This document shows positions 16,281-28,330 of a stretch of 64,000 nt of DNA, in pieces. This DNA comes from Trichoplax adhaerens (taxonomy: Eukaryota > Animalia > Placozoa). Both the position numbers and the translations under genes were made by a program. The notes under the pieces were generated by a model that made no database searches, was not told the origin of the DNA, and worked only from the letters and a program-made list of their open reading frames with translations. Position 1 is the stretch's first letter. Every line of letters starts with the position of its first letter. Location: the NCBI RefSeq assembly GCF_000150275.1, contig NW_002060943.1:5104008-5168007 (forward strand), written 5' to 3'.

Positions 16281-16595
16281 AACTGTACGTATGACGACGT
16301 GAGTTATAAAATGGTTCGACCGATCGTCCATGTACAGTATGTATCATCGTTTAAGCTATTTACGCTGAGTATCTGAGTAATCGGGGTTATTATGGCTGGG
16401 CCTAATGTACAGTACCAGTGACTGAGTGTTTGTGTTAGCAGCTTTTAAGAAATAAAATTACTCAATACTGCAATAAAAAGTCATAAAAACATCAAGAGCC
16501 CATTGCTTAAGGTTGTACCGATCTGTCTGTGTCGAATTGGAGCCAAATATAAAGTCCATTTCTTCAAAATGGAAAGGTATCATTGAATTCAGGCA

Positions 16596-17337
16596 ACACT
16601 ATCGCTGAACATCTTGCAACCATTTTACGGGGCTGTGTATACAACACAAAACTACTGTAATTTAGCTGAAATCACTCCACCTCTGTAACACTAGCGCTGA
16701 ACATATTTCAACCATTTTACGGGGCTGTAAATATACACAAAACTACTGTAATTAGCTGAAATCACTACAAGGGCTCTCCTCGCTTCTGTAAAGCACTATA
16801 GCTGAACATCTTGCAACCATTTTACAGAGCTCTCCTCGCCTCTGTCACACTATCGCTGAACATTTTGCAACCATTTTACAGGGCTCTCCTCGCCTCTGTC
16901 ACACTATCGCTGAGCATCTTGCAACCATTTTATAGGGCTCTCCTCACCTCTTGTCACACTATCGCTGAACATCTTGCAACCATTTTACAGGGCTCTCCTC
17001 ACCTCTGTAAAACACTATCGCTGAACATCTTTCCGCCATTTTACAGGGCTCTCCTCACCTCTGTACACACTATCGTTGAACATCTTGCAACCATTTTACA
17101 GGGCTCTCCTCACCTCTGTAAAACACTATCGCTGAACATCTTTCAGCCATTTTACAGGGCTCTCCTCACCTCTGTCACACTATCGTTGAACATCTTGCAA
17201 CCATTTTACAGGGCTCTCCTCACCTCTGTCACACTATCGTTGAACATCTTGCAACCATTTTACAGGGCTCTCCTCACCTATGTAAAACACTATCGCTGAA
17301 CATCTTTCAGCCATTTTACTGGGCTCTCCTCGCCTGC
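16596..17337. repeat. Minisatellite array B, 54-56 bp unit, ~10 copies plus two longer (92 and 106 bp) ancestral-type units
   Basis: Unit acactatcgctgaacatcttgcaaccattttacagggctctcctcacctctgtc. Confidence 0.95.
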
Positions 17338-17374
17338 GTAATACTGGTCGAAAGTTTTCTTGCACAAATCTTCT

Positions 17375-17520
17375 CTGTACAGTACAGTACTGTGCGATCG
17401 GAGTGTACAGTACAATGTACGGTAGAGTGTATCACGGACTTGTACTGTAAATACAGTACTGTACAGTGTACAGTGTACAGTACTGCATGTCGAGTGGCCG
17501 GTAGTACTACCGTACAGTAC
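17375..17520. promoter_or_regulatory. Dense ACAGT/ACTGT cluster, presumed CLASRP promoter
   Basis: ctgtacagtacagtactgtg ... tacagtactgtacagtgtacagtgtacagtactgca, immediately after array B. Confidence 0.55.
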
Positions 17521-18084
17521 ATTATAGCGTAAGCCGATGCTTACGAGAGATCGACTGTTAATGAGAACACGCAAAAAGAAAAGTGCGTCCATCAAATCAT
17601 GTTAGTAGCTCCTATTCCATCGCATAGTAACAATCGATAGTTTATAAAGTAGTGGGGATAGCTTGACAAAGTGATTGCTAGCCACTCAAGATCTTTAATT
17701 GAAATCAGCGGTAGTGCGTTGTAGCCTTGCAGGAGCGTGAATCGTGAAACCGCCCTCCCTCCTTCTAGGGACACTTTGAACGCCAATGATCAGTTCCAAT
17801 CCAAGGTAGGTGAGGAAACGATATTGAAACGACTTGCTAGATGGAGGTACTACTCCATTTGGCATAGCAGCATTTGCAAATGTCATTGCAGTAGTCTTTT
17901 AAATGCAATCTCTGCCGATATACTCGTAGCCAGAGCACTCTTATTAATAGATCAATAGGAGGCAAACAATACTTTACCTGTACGTAATGACCTTATCCTG
18001 TAATGATGGACCAAATTGATCATCATGGAAATCCATGCAGGTGCATCAATCTACTTACTATCTAGCAATGGATTGATTGTATAC

Positions 18085-18109
18085 ATATATATATATATAT
18101 ATATATATA
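18085..18109. repeat. (AT)n microsatellite
   Basis: About 12 AT units. Confidence 0.9.
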
Positions 18110-18854
18110 GTACATCATCTCTGTAGACGTATTATAGCAAAATGAAGAGGTTACCATTTGTAATGGGTACAACATCCAATCATTAGATCTACATATCAAT
18201 TGCATCCCAATTATAATCATTGTATTGGAGACAACATCCAATCAGGAGAGATCGACACATCAATTTTATCCAAATTCGAGTCATTTTACAGCACTTGCAT
18301 TGGATGCAAACGTCCAATCATTAGATCGACGTATCAATTTCATTCAATGGATAGTCATTTTATGGTATTTGCATTCGATATAGCCGTCTAATCATTGCAT
18401 TCACGCATTCATTTCATCTAAATTATAGTCATTGTACCGTATTCAGAGTGATGATGTCTAATGAATGGTAATTAATTAGAATATTGGCAATCTTGGCAAA
18501 GTAATTCAATTGCTGACAGCTGTAATCCCAATTCCGAATAGATCACCTAAATCGACATAGATCTCGCCAGGGACTACTATCCAATTTTGATCTTATTCTG
18601 AAAGAGTAATAGAAAGAGCAATATTGAATAGTAATTTCTGTGGTATCAATTGTGGTGATGAAGAATAGCGATAAGATTATAATTAAAATCGGCTGAATTT
18701 GTTTAGAATCTACTGTTTTGTTTAAAATAAAATGAATTGAACGTACGTTGATCATGAAGAATAGACAATAATGATAAACTACTATTACTCACAACTTAGC
18801 TACCAAGGAAATATTGATTAAGAAACTTGCTGTCCAAATCACAAAGTAGCAAAA

Positions 18855-21800
18855 ATGTGGCATGAGGCACGAAAGCACGAGAAGAAGCTGCGGGGTATGA
18901 TGGTTGATTGGAAAAAGAGAGCTGAACGAAGAAGACAATATTATGAAAGTTTGGTAATATATTGAATTTCCCTTCGCTTGAATCTAAACTTGCATAAAAT
19001 ACTGTCTCACATCTAATTTTCCTCTGCATTCCCACTATTATCAATCGATATAGAAATGTAGTGGTCAATACGTTGAAAATTAAATTAGCCCAGTGATAGA
19101 CATTCGTCGATAGTATCTTGTATAATTTTAGATACAATTCGTATTCCTATAAACTAGCACTGAAATTATTCTTCCACAGCAAAGTAGCATCGTCGAAAAT
19201 CAATGCTTGAATACTACTACACTTTCAATTAAAATGCTATCAATCGATTGCATCCGATACAAAATTGTAAATCAGCCTATACTTTATTATCAAAGCTTGA
19301 TTAATTCCATTTGACTGTACGCGTATATCTCTAAGTAATTGGTTATTAAGTAGATCATGATTTGCTTTTCAATATTGTAGTATTGTAATCACGTACAGAA
19401 ATTATGCAAATACATTAAATTCTCATGACTATTCTTACTCTTGCTTAAAGACACGCATACAAGCAATCGACACATGAAGCTGCTGATATTATAATTTATA
19501 TAACTACCTTCTTTACATCTAAACATCATAAATTTCGTTTTCTACACTTATCAGGCAAGTGATCCCTTTCAACAACTGCGAATTGTAGGAGTTGCTGCCA
19601 AGATACATATAAATGTGGTTGAAAGCTCAGATAGCATGTACGTATGAGTTAAACTCTTTTTCATAAAATTGACAAAGTTTTACCGTAGATATACAGTACA
19701 ATCAATTTAGTATTTTTCATAAAGGAAGCTACTTTCTTTCATTAGGATGCAATGGCGCGGTCAACCTGATATCCTGATTGACAGGTCAGTTAATAGTATA
19801 TTATATCACTTTAATAATATTAATAATAGCTTGCATAACGAAGATTTATTGCTGTAAGATTACAAAAATGCAAAGATATACGCTAAAAGATGCACTTTAT
19901 TTACTTATAACAGCAAAGTTAACATACATGTATATTCTATTTTTAGCTGCAATCAAAAAGTATATATTTTTATAATATGTTGATTTTCACATTTTAGGTT
20001 TGATGCTAGAGCACACCTGGATTATTTGCCAAATTTTGAATCTGATAACGAAGATAATAAGCAAACCTACGATGACCTACAACTAAACTACGAAAGATAC
20101 AAAATTTTAGCAAAGAGCGATTTCCTAGGGGGTAATTCGCATCATAATTAAAAAAATTGTTACTAAATAAATTTACTCGAACCATTGCAATATTTTAACA
20201 ACATTAATAAAATGGCTAAGTGTTTATATGTTAATAAATAAAATTACAGTACTAAAAACGCCACAACTTGCATATTATCTCTCCTACGGCATAACACATT
20301 TTGAAAATTTTTAATTCTATACTTGTGAGATTTCCTTTTCTCCTTTGATAACTTACTTCTGTAACTGTAGTCTCGGAAGACATGGTGTTACAACAAATTG
20401 AGTTGGAAGAAGATATACCTTTATCTGTAAGGAAAGTTTCTGCAGCAAGTGAAGCAGAAAAGGAAAAGTAATGCAATAATGCTATTATCATACAAAAAGT
20501 GGAAGTATACTCACTCGGTGGTTTTTAGCATGTTTATACTTTATACCAAAATTATATCGATTTGCCATAACGGTACTGATGTATTTACTGTCATCTTTTA
20601 TAGATTATCTGAGAAAGCTGCTACTATTAATTATCAGTATGCTGAGAAGGCTGACGAAAATACAAAAAATAGTGATATTGATGATATTGATGAAGATGAA
20701 TTTCTTCTTCAACCTTCGTCTGGTAATCTACTATTACGAACTAAATAACTAACTTACTGTATCTTTTCTAAGAATGCCTTATTCTCGGCACTTTCTTAAT
20801 ATGCTAAACAGAAGGTAACGTTGATCCCGATCAATTGAATGAAGGGCAGGTACGTTAAATAGGATTTAAAATGGTACAAAGAAGTAATATGAATAAATAT
20901 AGTACATGTACAGTGATTTAATGATGATCTACAGGATATTTTATACATTATAAATATTGCGTATTATGTTGCAGCGAGATAAATTAAATCTAGCGGCTAG
21001 CTCATACGGAATTGGTTCGGGCACATTTTGCAGGTAACTTGATACTGTTCACTTGATTACTTTTGAAAGCGATATTGTATGATGATATACATACGTATGT
21101 ATCTACTCTTGTATATAAATGTATAACATTTTATGAGCAAGTTAAAGATTTAAAATTCTATCTAGATTTATTAGAGAAGACATTCTTGATTTGACAGCTC
21201 GTGATAAAGCTCAGAAGGAGGAGGCTGAACGTTTAGTAAAATATGTACGTACAATATTGCCATTGGACATTTATAAATTCATAGCTAGCCTAATAACTTT
21301 ATAACGATAATGTGATTATGAATGTAAACTCAAGGGTCGAAGAGCAATTAGACATGATCATCTAGGGCGAAGTGAATCGAATTTACGCCAGGCACACTCG
21401 CCGCCTAGGTAATCTTTTTTAATCTTATTTTCTACCTACTGATGTAATACCGCTTAACAAATAATAATAATAGTAATTTCGCATTACGCATAGTTATGCT
21501 CGTCGTTCAAGCCCAACGTACGAACCATACAAAAGGTTTGAATTGCTGTTCCTACCATTCCAATAGTTATTATTTTAGTACTTCTTAAGGCAGGAATAAT
21601 GAAAGATACCTTACATATTTTACACGTGCTTGTAGATCCGTATCTGGTTCGGAATCTTCCGAAGGATCAGGGGACGAAATTAAATTTATAACTGAATTCT
21701 CTTCTGCTGGTGCTACCAAAGCCGATGGAAATAAAAAATCTGCAAACTGTCGTGAACAGTTGAGCAGCTCTTCTCGACATCGGTTGGTAACTTTGAATAT

Positions 21801-23239
21801 TGTAACTGTTGCCTTCGAAGACGTTGCCGTAACAACTGCTTTCTAAATAGCGTGATACTATCGAAACATTTCAATGCTTTAGTTTAAATATAATTATTAC
21901 ATTTACAATGAATATTCCATTGATGAAATTTGAAAAGCATATTTTGTTTTATTTACTAACATTTATGACTTCAGTCTTCAATTTAATTGTAATTACTATT
22001 ATATCTGATTCGTACAATTATGATTTCATTTAATCTACACATGTCACAGAGAGAGGAAAAGATCGAGGGAATATAGTACTGATAGATACAAAGATAGGTA
22101 TCACAGTAGAAATAGTAGTAAGGATAGGCGCAGAAATTACAAGAGTCGTAGTAGAAGTTACGACAGGGAGAGTCGTAGAAAGCATAGTAGATACAGTCGG
22201 AGTAGGAGCTCTGAAAAGCGATCTCGACGTAGACACCGTGACGGCAGCAGTAGTGCGGAATCATCAAGGTATAAGAAATACAAGCAAAGAGCACGAAGCC
22301 GTAGTTCCGATCGTCATCGTAGGAGTGATAGTCGCGATAGACGTTCCAATCGTCGAGATTCTAGAAGTTTAAGCCCAAGAAAATCTCCGCCAGTAAACGC
22401 TATTAAACCCATTAAGAAGACATTAACGTAAGACGGAATGCAAAGGATTAATATAATGCAATATTCTTTATATATATATTGTAATGTACTGTCTATGATC
22501 GTATTATGGATTTGAGAAGTAAACCATAAGGATTTGCTATATTTTTTACTTTATGCATATAAAATTATGATCCTGTGCTTGCTATTATTTCGTTAATATT
22601 AGACCTGGCAAAGATACGGAGAAGGTAATACTGACGCATTATATGGCGATGGTTCAGGTTAAAGTCTCTGAGACAAGTTTAGTAACTCTAGTTCTAATCT
22701 TAGGGTGTTTTTTTAAATGTTCTATCTTAAGAAAACACTATCACGTCAGGAAATGCTCAAACTTAAAATGCAACGGGCTCTTAATAAACACTGTAAGAAG
22801 TATAAATAAACTGATTGATATACTACGTTACCTATAAATGTCTGCATTTCAATAATTTGCTGTTTCATTAAAATTTTTGGTCTACTTCATTACGACAGTA
22901 AAACATGATCATAAATTAGAAAAAGAACGTCAAGAAAAGAAAGAATTAGAAAGAGCGGTATTACTGCTATTTACGACTAAATTTTATTCAACATCAAATG
23001 TTTCACTAAAGATCGTTCTTGATCTATGCTAGCAACGAGAAGATGAAATTTATGACTTACAAGTGCGACTTAAGTCCAGGTTAATACTTAGCCTATACTG
23101 TCGCAGTAATAAATTTATTACGTGGTACTATATGCGCAAAACTCATTTTCCTAATTAACTGTGCTTTGACATAAATTGTGGCATTCTGTTTGGTTTATGT
23201 AGGAACCGTCGTAGTAGATCAAGATCACGATCATTCTAG
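18855..23239 (+). CDS. CLASRP: CLK4-associating serine/arginine-rich protein (SFRS16), multi-exon
   Basis: Diagnostic N-terminus MWHEARKHEKKLRGMMVDWKKRAERRRQYYE, then DPFQQLRIVG, WRGQPDILIDRFDARAHLD, LNYERY, SPPSYARRSSPTYEPY, IKFITEF, an RS-rich exon (~22035-22428) and C-terminal RSRSRSRSF*. Confidence 0.93.
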
Positions 23240-25497
23240 CGGAAAAACTTGCTGTATTGGCTATCAGCACATCACAGTGAGATCAAATACGACATTATAA
23301 AACTCCGAGTAGGTATTCTAAATTAATGGTTTTGGTAACTGATTTACAGTGGTAAAAACCGTAGATATGTATGTTGAAAAGCATATTTTTATTTTAAGTA
23401 ATCATTATAAATGCCAATTGTAACAGTTGTACATGAATTACAAAAGTCTTGCTAAAGTTAAATGTTAAACCTAGTATTGCATGGCTTTGATTATTAATTC
23501 TATTATCTTTTAGTAAAATTTAACCAAAAAATCATATTGAAGCTATCATTTTAAGCTTTGTTTTCATGTCTTTCTACCTATCTATCTAAAAATGGCATGA
23601 ATGTAATTTAACTTTTTACCAATGAATACATGGATTATGTATTTTAAATCTTGGGGTGATATTGGTAACCATCTTGATTACAACGTTGTTTAAGAAATTC
23701 AACTATTTGCGTTGTAAAGATATAATAAACATATTTTAATTTATGAAATATTTATGAAATGAAGTAAAATATATCTATTCCTGTTAGGAAATGTTAAAAT
23801 AATTGTAATTAATTCTACTATGACATGGTTATAATGAAAAAAGTATAAAAGTTGTGCATGCAAAAACTTACTAGTTTATGTGTAGTGACCGTTGGTACTG
23901 TCTAGATGATGTAGTAATTTTGCTAGTGTTAGACAGATTTTGCTCCCTGTACACCGATTGGCTATATTTCTACGGGAAATTTTCAGATTTTGAGTTATGG
24001 TATTCCAGATGTCCAAAACAATAATGTACAATGCTATGATTAATGCAGATAAGAGGTTGCTTATGCTGTCCTGATAAAGTCTATGTTTAATTCCATCATC
24101 ATGCTTTTCTGACTAGGAAATTTTACTTACTATATCCTTTATTTATTGAGGATAGTTATTTGTCTAAGATAAGTATAGGATTAGCCTAGGCGGCAGGCGC
24201 CGTACCGGTAAAAAATCAGTCTTGGATGTTGCTGAACATGTAGCATCTATTTGCAGTACTGTACATCTTAAGTTAGAAGAATTATAATTTTTAGCCTTTA
24301 GTGGAACGATTGATTAAGTATCATTAAGTTTAGTTGAGGATTCTTTTAAGCAGAGACATTGTTACTATTATACAATATCAATGACTTGGTAGTAATAGTT
24401 TGTCGAAGAATTTTAAGAAATGGATAAATCCCGGTAGTGACACAGTCTCACAATACAATATTTTCAGTGTTTTGACTGGTGGATTACATCTAATCAATTA
24501 CCGACTGCATAAAATTTATCAAAATTTTGAAGTGAGCAAACCGGTTTCTAAGTCAGCGACGCTTTCGCCCTTTCATTCAAAAATTTTAAAATTCGGTATA
24601 CCATATCGAGCCTAGTGCTGCATTATGATTTTTGTAGTACAGCACAACAGCTTCTGCCTTGGGAAAATTATCTCGAAGACATATTGTAAATTTTATGAAC
24701 TTGGTGACAAACTAGAAATGCAACTAAAGAACCCTACCCTTCGACGCATTCATGCATGCCAATATTGAAAATTATGATATGATTATTCAGTTTTTCTGAA
24801 TCCTCAAAATTGAATGGAATAATTTAAAATATAGCCGAAATAATTCTTCTGCTCGGTCTATAAAAATAACTTAACGAAAGCTGTCATCAAATTCCATCAT
24901 TTCTAAGACAATTTTGGAATCCTTTGAATTGTACTGTAATTTCAGTGTAAAATGCAACTCTTTCACTTCGTGTATGTACCGATAAATCAGCGATCTTTAT
25001 TATTATGTAATTACGATGTATCAACTGATTCGGTTCAAAACGGTAATTGTTATTTCATGTTCTTAATGCAACTTTCCTGATCCTGCGAATTTGTTCATAA
25101 GTTTGAATAGAATTGAAAAAGTTCTTCGTCCTGTGTTGATGTTACGGGTAAAAATAATCAGTAAAGCCTTTCATTTTATCACTTTCAAGGCAGTTTTCAT
25201 TTCGATCCCTTGAATGGATAATAAAACTTAAAATACAGTACATTTCCGCTGTGTATACCGTATACGATATATTTGCATACTTGTTCGATAATAAAGTCGT
25301 AGGATTGTACAATAATTTGGGAATTGGTTAACTTTGGATTTATCCATAACTTACGGTATATGCTACATATAAATAAATGAAAATTGTGTAATTTTATAGT
25401 GCTTCAGATAACCCTTCCGTGTATTAAGCAATAAAATTTGAAATATACTTTCCACTCTCTATATGCGTATGTATCGATATATAACAACACTGGTATA

Positions 25498-25820
25498 TAC
25501 GCATATTCCAAATGGACAAAATTATATCAATTTCTCCTTAAAACAATCTTCTACTAACTTAGGGGTAACAATTTGAAGCACACTTGAAAATCTTTTCCGC
25601 CCTGTCTATACTCGTACTGATATACAATACTTTAAGGATAGTCAAATTAATGAAGATTACGCATATTCCAAATGGACAAAATTATATCAATTTCTCCTTA
25701 AAACAATCTTCTACTAACTTAGGGGTGACAATTTGAAGCACATTTGAAAATCTTTTCCGCCCTGTCTATACTCGTACTGATATACAATACTTTAAGGATA
25801 GTCAAATTAATGAAGATTAC
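25498..25820. repeat. Recent tandem duplication, 160 bp x 2
   Basis: gcatattccaaatggacaaaa... at 25501 and 25661; only 2 mismatches seen. Confidence 0.95.
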
Positions 25821-26577
25821 AGCACTATCTTATTCTTTGATCTTGAAGGCTGCACTTTTAAATTTTGTGAATTGGTAGTCCAATTTGAAATGCGACCAAG
25901 GAACTTTTCAACTTTGTGCACTTTGCTAATCTTATTTAAGCGCTAAGCATCACAATGCAAGTACACCTTTAGCTCTTAGCATACGTATATGCGTATAAAC
26001 ATTATTGCTTCACTGGATGCCTTTAACAACAGCTTTTAAAACCCTCTAAACTTGGTACCGCTCGTCAAGTTTTTAATTTCATGTTGAAATAATTCTTCTG
26101 TTGTGCCTGTATTATGGGTATTAGATTAGTGGAAATGATTCTTTAATCCGTTACAATAAGGCGTTGTTTGCGTCTTTGCATTGGTAATAACTTGAAAACA
26201 CCAGTAGAGCAATTCTGTCCTACGTCCCCCCCCAAAAATCGATTGGTCGATATTCTCATTATCTGCGCTCTATCTTAGATAGTAAGTTTAAATTGGCATC
26301 CAAATGAATAATTATTCATCACTTCATTTTCTGTCAATTTATTTGAGAAGAAAAAGGATATCGCCTGTAACTTCAATTTTGCGATAATAATTCACTGTCA
26401 AGAAAATTGGCAAAAGCTGTTTAGTCAAAGTTAACATAAACCATCCTGATTGTGTATTTGAACTAAACATGCATCGTTAAGACGCATACTTTTACAACTT
26501 TGATTACATAAAATCTAAGTGATAAGCATTTTTTAAATGGATTTCTTATAAGAAATCAAGGGACACTCAATTGATAA

Positions 26578-28330
26578 CCTTTCCTCCTATCAATGGAGTC
26601 ATATGAATACCGGCAGTTCTAGAGATCCGCCCGTTTGAAAAATTTTACGTGTTAAAGGTTGATTTCGATAACATCAGATGCAGTGTCAGATTTAGATTGG
26701 AATGATATAACTTTCATGCAAACGCTTTTTATTCTGACAAATGATATCACTATTTTTTATTATAAGGAATACTACCAAATTCAAGGTATAGATCCCTTTC
26801 AGCGCCATTTCTGGATATGTTGGGGATTGGATCTAGGGACGTTCAATTCATAGCCCTTCCCTCATGTTTATGGAATCATGTTGACACCGACAGTTGTAGA
26901 AATTCGTCCATTGGAAATAATTTACTTATTGAAAGTTAATTTCGATGGTATCAAATACAGCGTGGAATTTAGATTCGAATAATATAACTTTGATGTACAG
27001 ACTTTTATTCTGACAAATAATGTTCCTATTTTTTATTATAAAGAATACTGCCAAAACGAAGAAAAGGATGCGTTTCTGCGCCATTGCTGGACATGTCAGG
27101 GATTGGATCTGAGGACGCTCTCATCCTTTCCTTATATCAATGGAGTCATATGAACATTGGCAGCTGCAGAAATTCGTCCGTTCGAAAAGTTTTACGTATT
27201 GAGAGTTCATTTCGATGGCGTTAGATTTGGATTGAAATGATGTCACTTTCATACAAACACTTTTATTCTGACAAGTAATATTAATATTTCCCTCTAAAGA
27301 ATATACTACCAAAACGAAGGTAATCGCAGTCTTTTCCGCTGTTTGCACGATTGTCCAAGGTAGCCTATGAGACTATACCCGTTTTTAAAATTCTACGCAT
27401 TGAAAGTGAATTTCGATGCAGTATCAGATTTGGATTGGAATAATATAACTTTGGTGTAAGCACTTTTAATCTAACAAGTAATGTTACTATTTTGAGTGTA
27501 AAGAATATTGAGTACTACCAAAAGGAAGGTACAGGATTGAATCATAGAAGTCTTTTCCGAAGTTTTGCACGATTGTACTGTATATTGTAGCTTATGAGAC
27601 TACAGTAGTCTCATCAAAGTCATAGGCTACAATTTACAATCCAGCAAACGGACATAGTCTCATGGGCTACCATTTTTAATCAGGCAAACCTCAGAAAAGA
27701 CTTGATCGTTCAAACAGACACAGCCTCCTAGGCTACAATTTACAATCGTGCAAACGGACATAGTCTCAAGGGCTACAATTTAGAAGCAGGCAAACCTCAG
27801 AAAAGACTAGATCGTTCAAACAGACGTAGTCTCCTAGACTACAATTAACAATCGTGCAAACGGAAATGGTCTCATTGTGAAAATAGCAATATTACTAGTC
27901 AGAATACAAGTACTTGCATGAAAGTTCTACCATGTCCAGTTAAAAAAGTGCTACGTATCGAAAGTTAATTTGGATAGCAAGTTAGGTTTAGGTTAGGGTT
28001 AGCGTTAGAGTGTATGTCCAGTTGAAAAAGTACTTGAAAGTTAATTTGGATAGCCCCAGATGCAATATCAGATTGACATTCAATACGTAGCACTTTTTCA
28101 AATGGAGTGTATGTCCATTTGAAGTATCGAAAGTTAATTTGGATAGCAAGTTAGGTTTAGGTTAGGGTTAGCATTAGAATGTATGTCCATTAGAAAAAGT
28201 GCTGAAAGTTAATTTGGATAGCAAGTTAGGTTTAGGATAGTTAGGGTTTGCGTTAGAGTGTATGTCCAGTTGAAAAGTACTTGAAAGTTAATTTGGATAG
28301 CCCTAGATGCAATATCAGATTGACATTGGA
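26578..28330. repeat. Composite modular repeat with inverted arms (fold-back-like; possible decayed transposon)
   Basis: Diverged direct units with a ttttattctgacaa anchor at 26727, 27003, 27261 and 27464. Perfect palindrome ATGAGACTAC-A-GTAGTCTCAT at 27594-27614. Inverted ~106-bp sub-repeats at 27620-27875, an inverted anchor at ~27895-27926 and three TTAGG(G)-like modules. Confidence 0.7.

Noticed and set aside
15945-16282. ORFs 15945-16214 (+) and 16067-16282 (-)
   Set aside because: Both have non-ATG starts, one begins inside array A, neither has a recognisable domain, and the region is better explained as structured RNA.
16096-16600. Canonical animal telomerase RNA on the plus strand
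   Set aside because: An 8-nt template-like sequence is present, but no pseudoknot, CR4/5 P6.1 or H/ACA domain was found, and the G-U pattern and promoter/terminator favour the minus strand. Kept only as a test in the findings.
16811-17299. 162-aa repetitive ORF (SVTLSLNILQPFYRALL)n resembling an LRR or repeat protein
   Set aside because: It is a by-product of a 54-bp minisatellite; 55-56-bp units shift the frame, and there is no ATG or splice support.
15239-17337. CRISPR-like appearance of arrays A and B
   Set aside because: The units repeat end to end with no unique spacers, there are no cas genes, and the context is eukaryotic.
17290-17595. Cys/Thr/Val/Tyr-rich short ORFs over ACAGT clusters (also 1637-1822, 28757-29019, 49248-49460)
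   Set aside because: Their composition is dictated by the ACAGT/ACTGT repeats at promoters and they are not credible proteins.
21983-22294. Tyr/Cys-rich and Thr/Ser-rich minus-strand ORFs
   Set aside because: They are antisense shadows of the CLASRP RS-domain exon.
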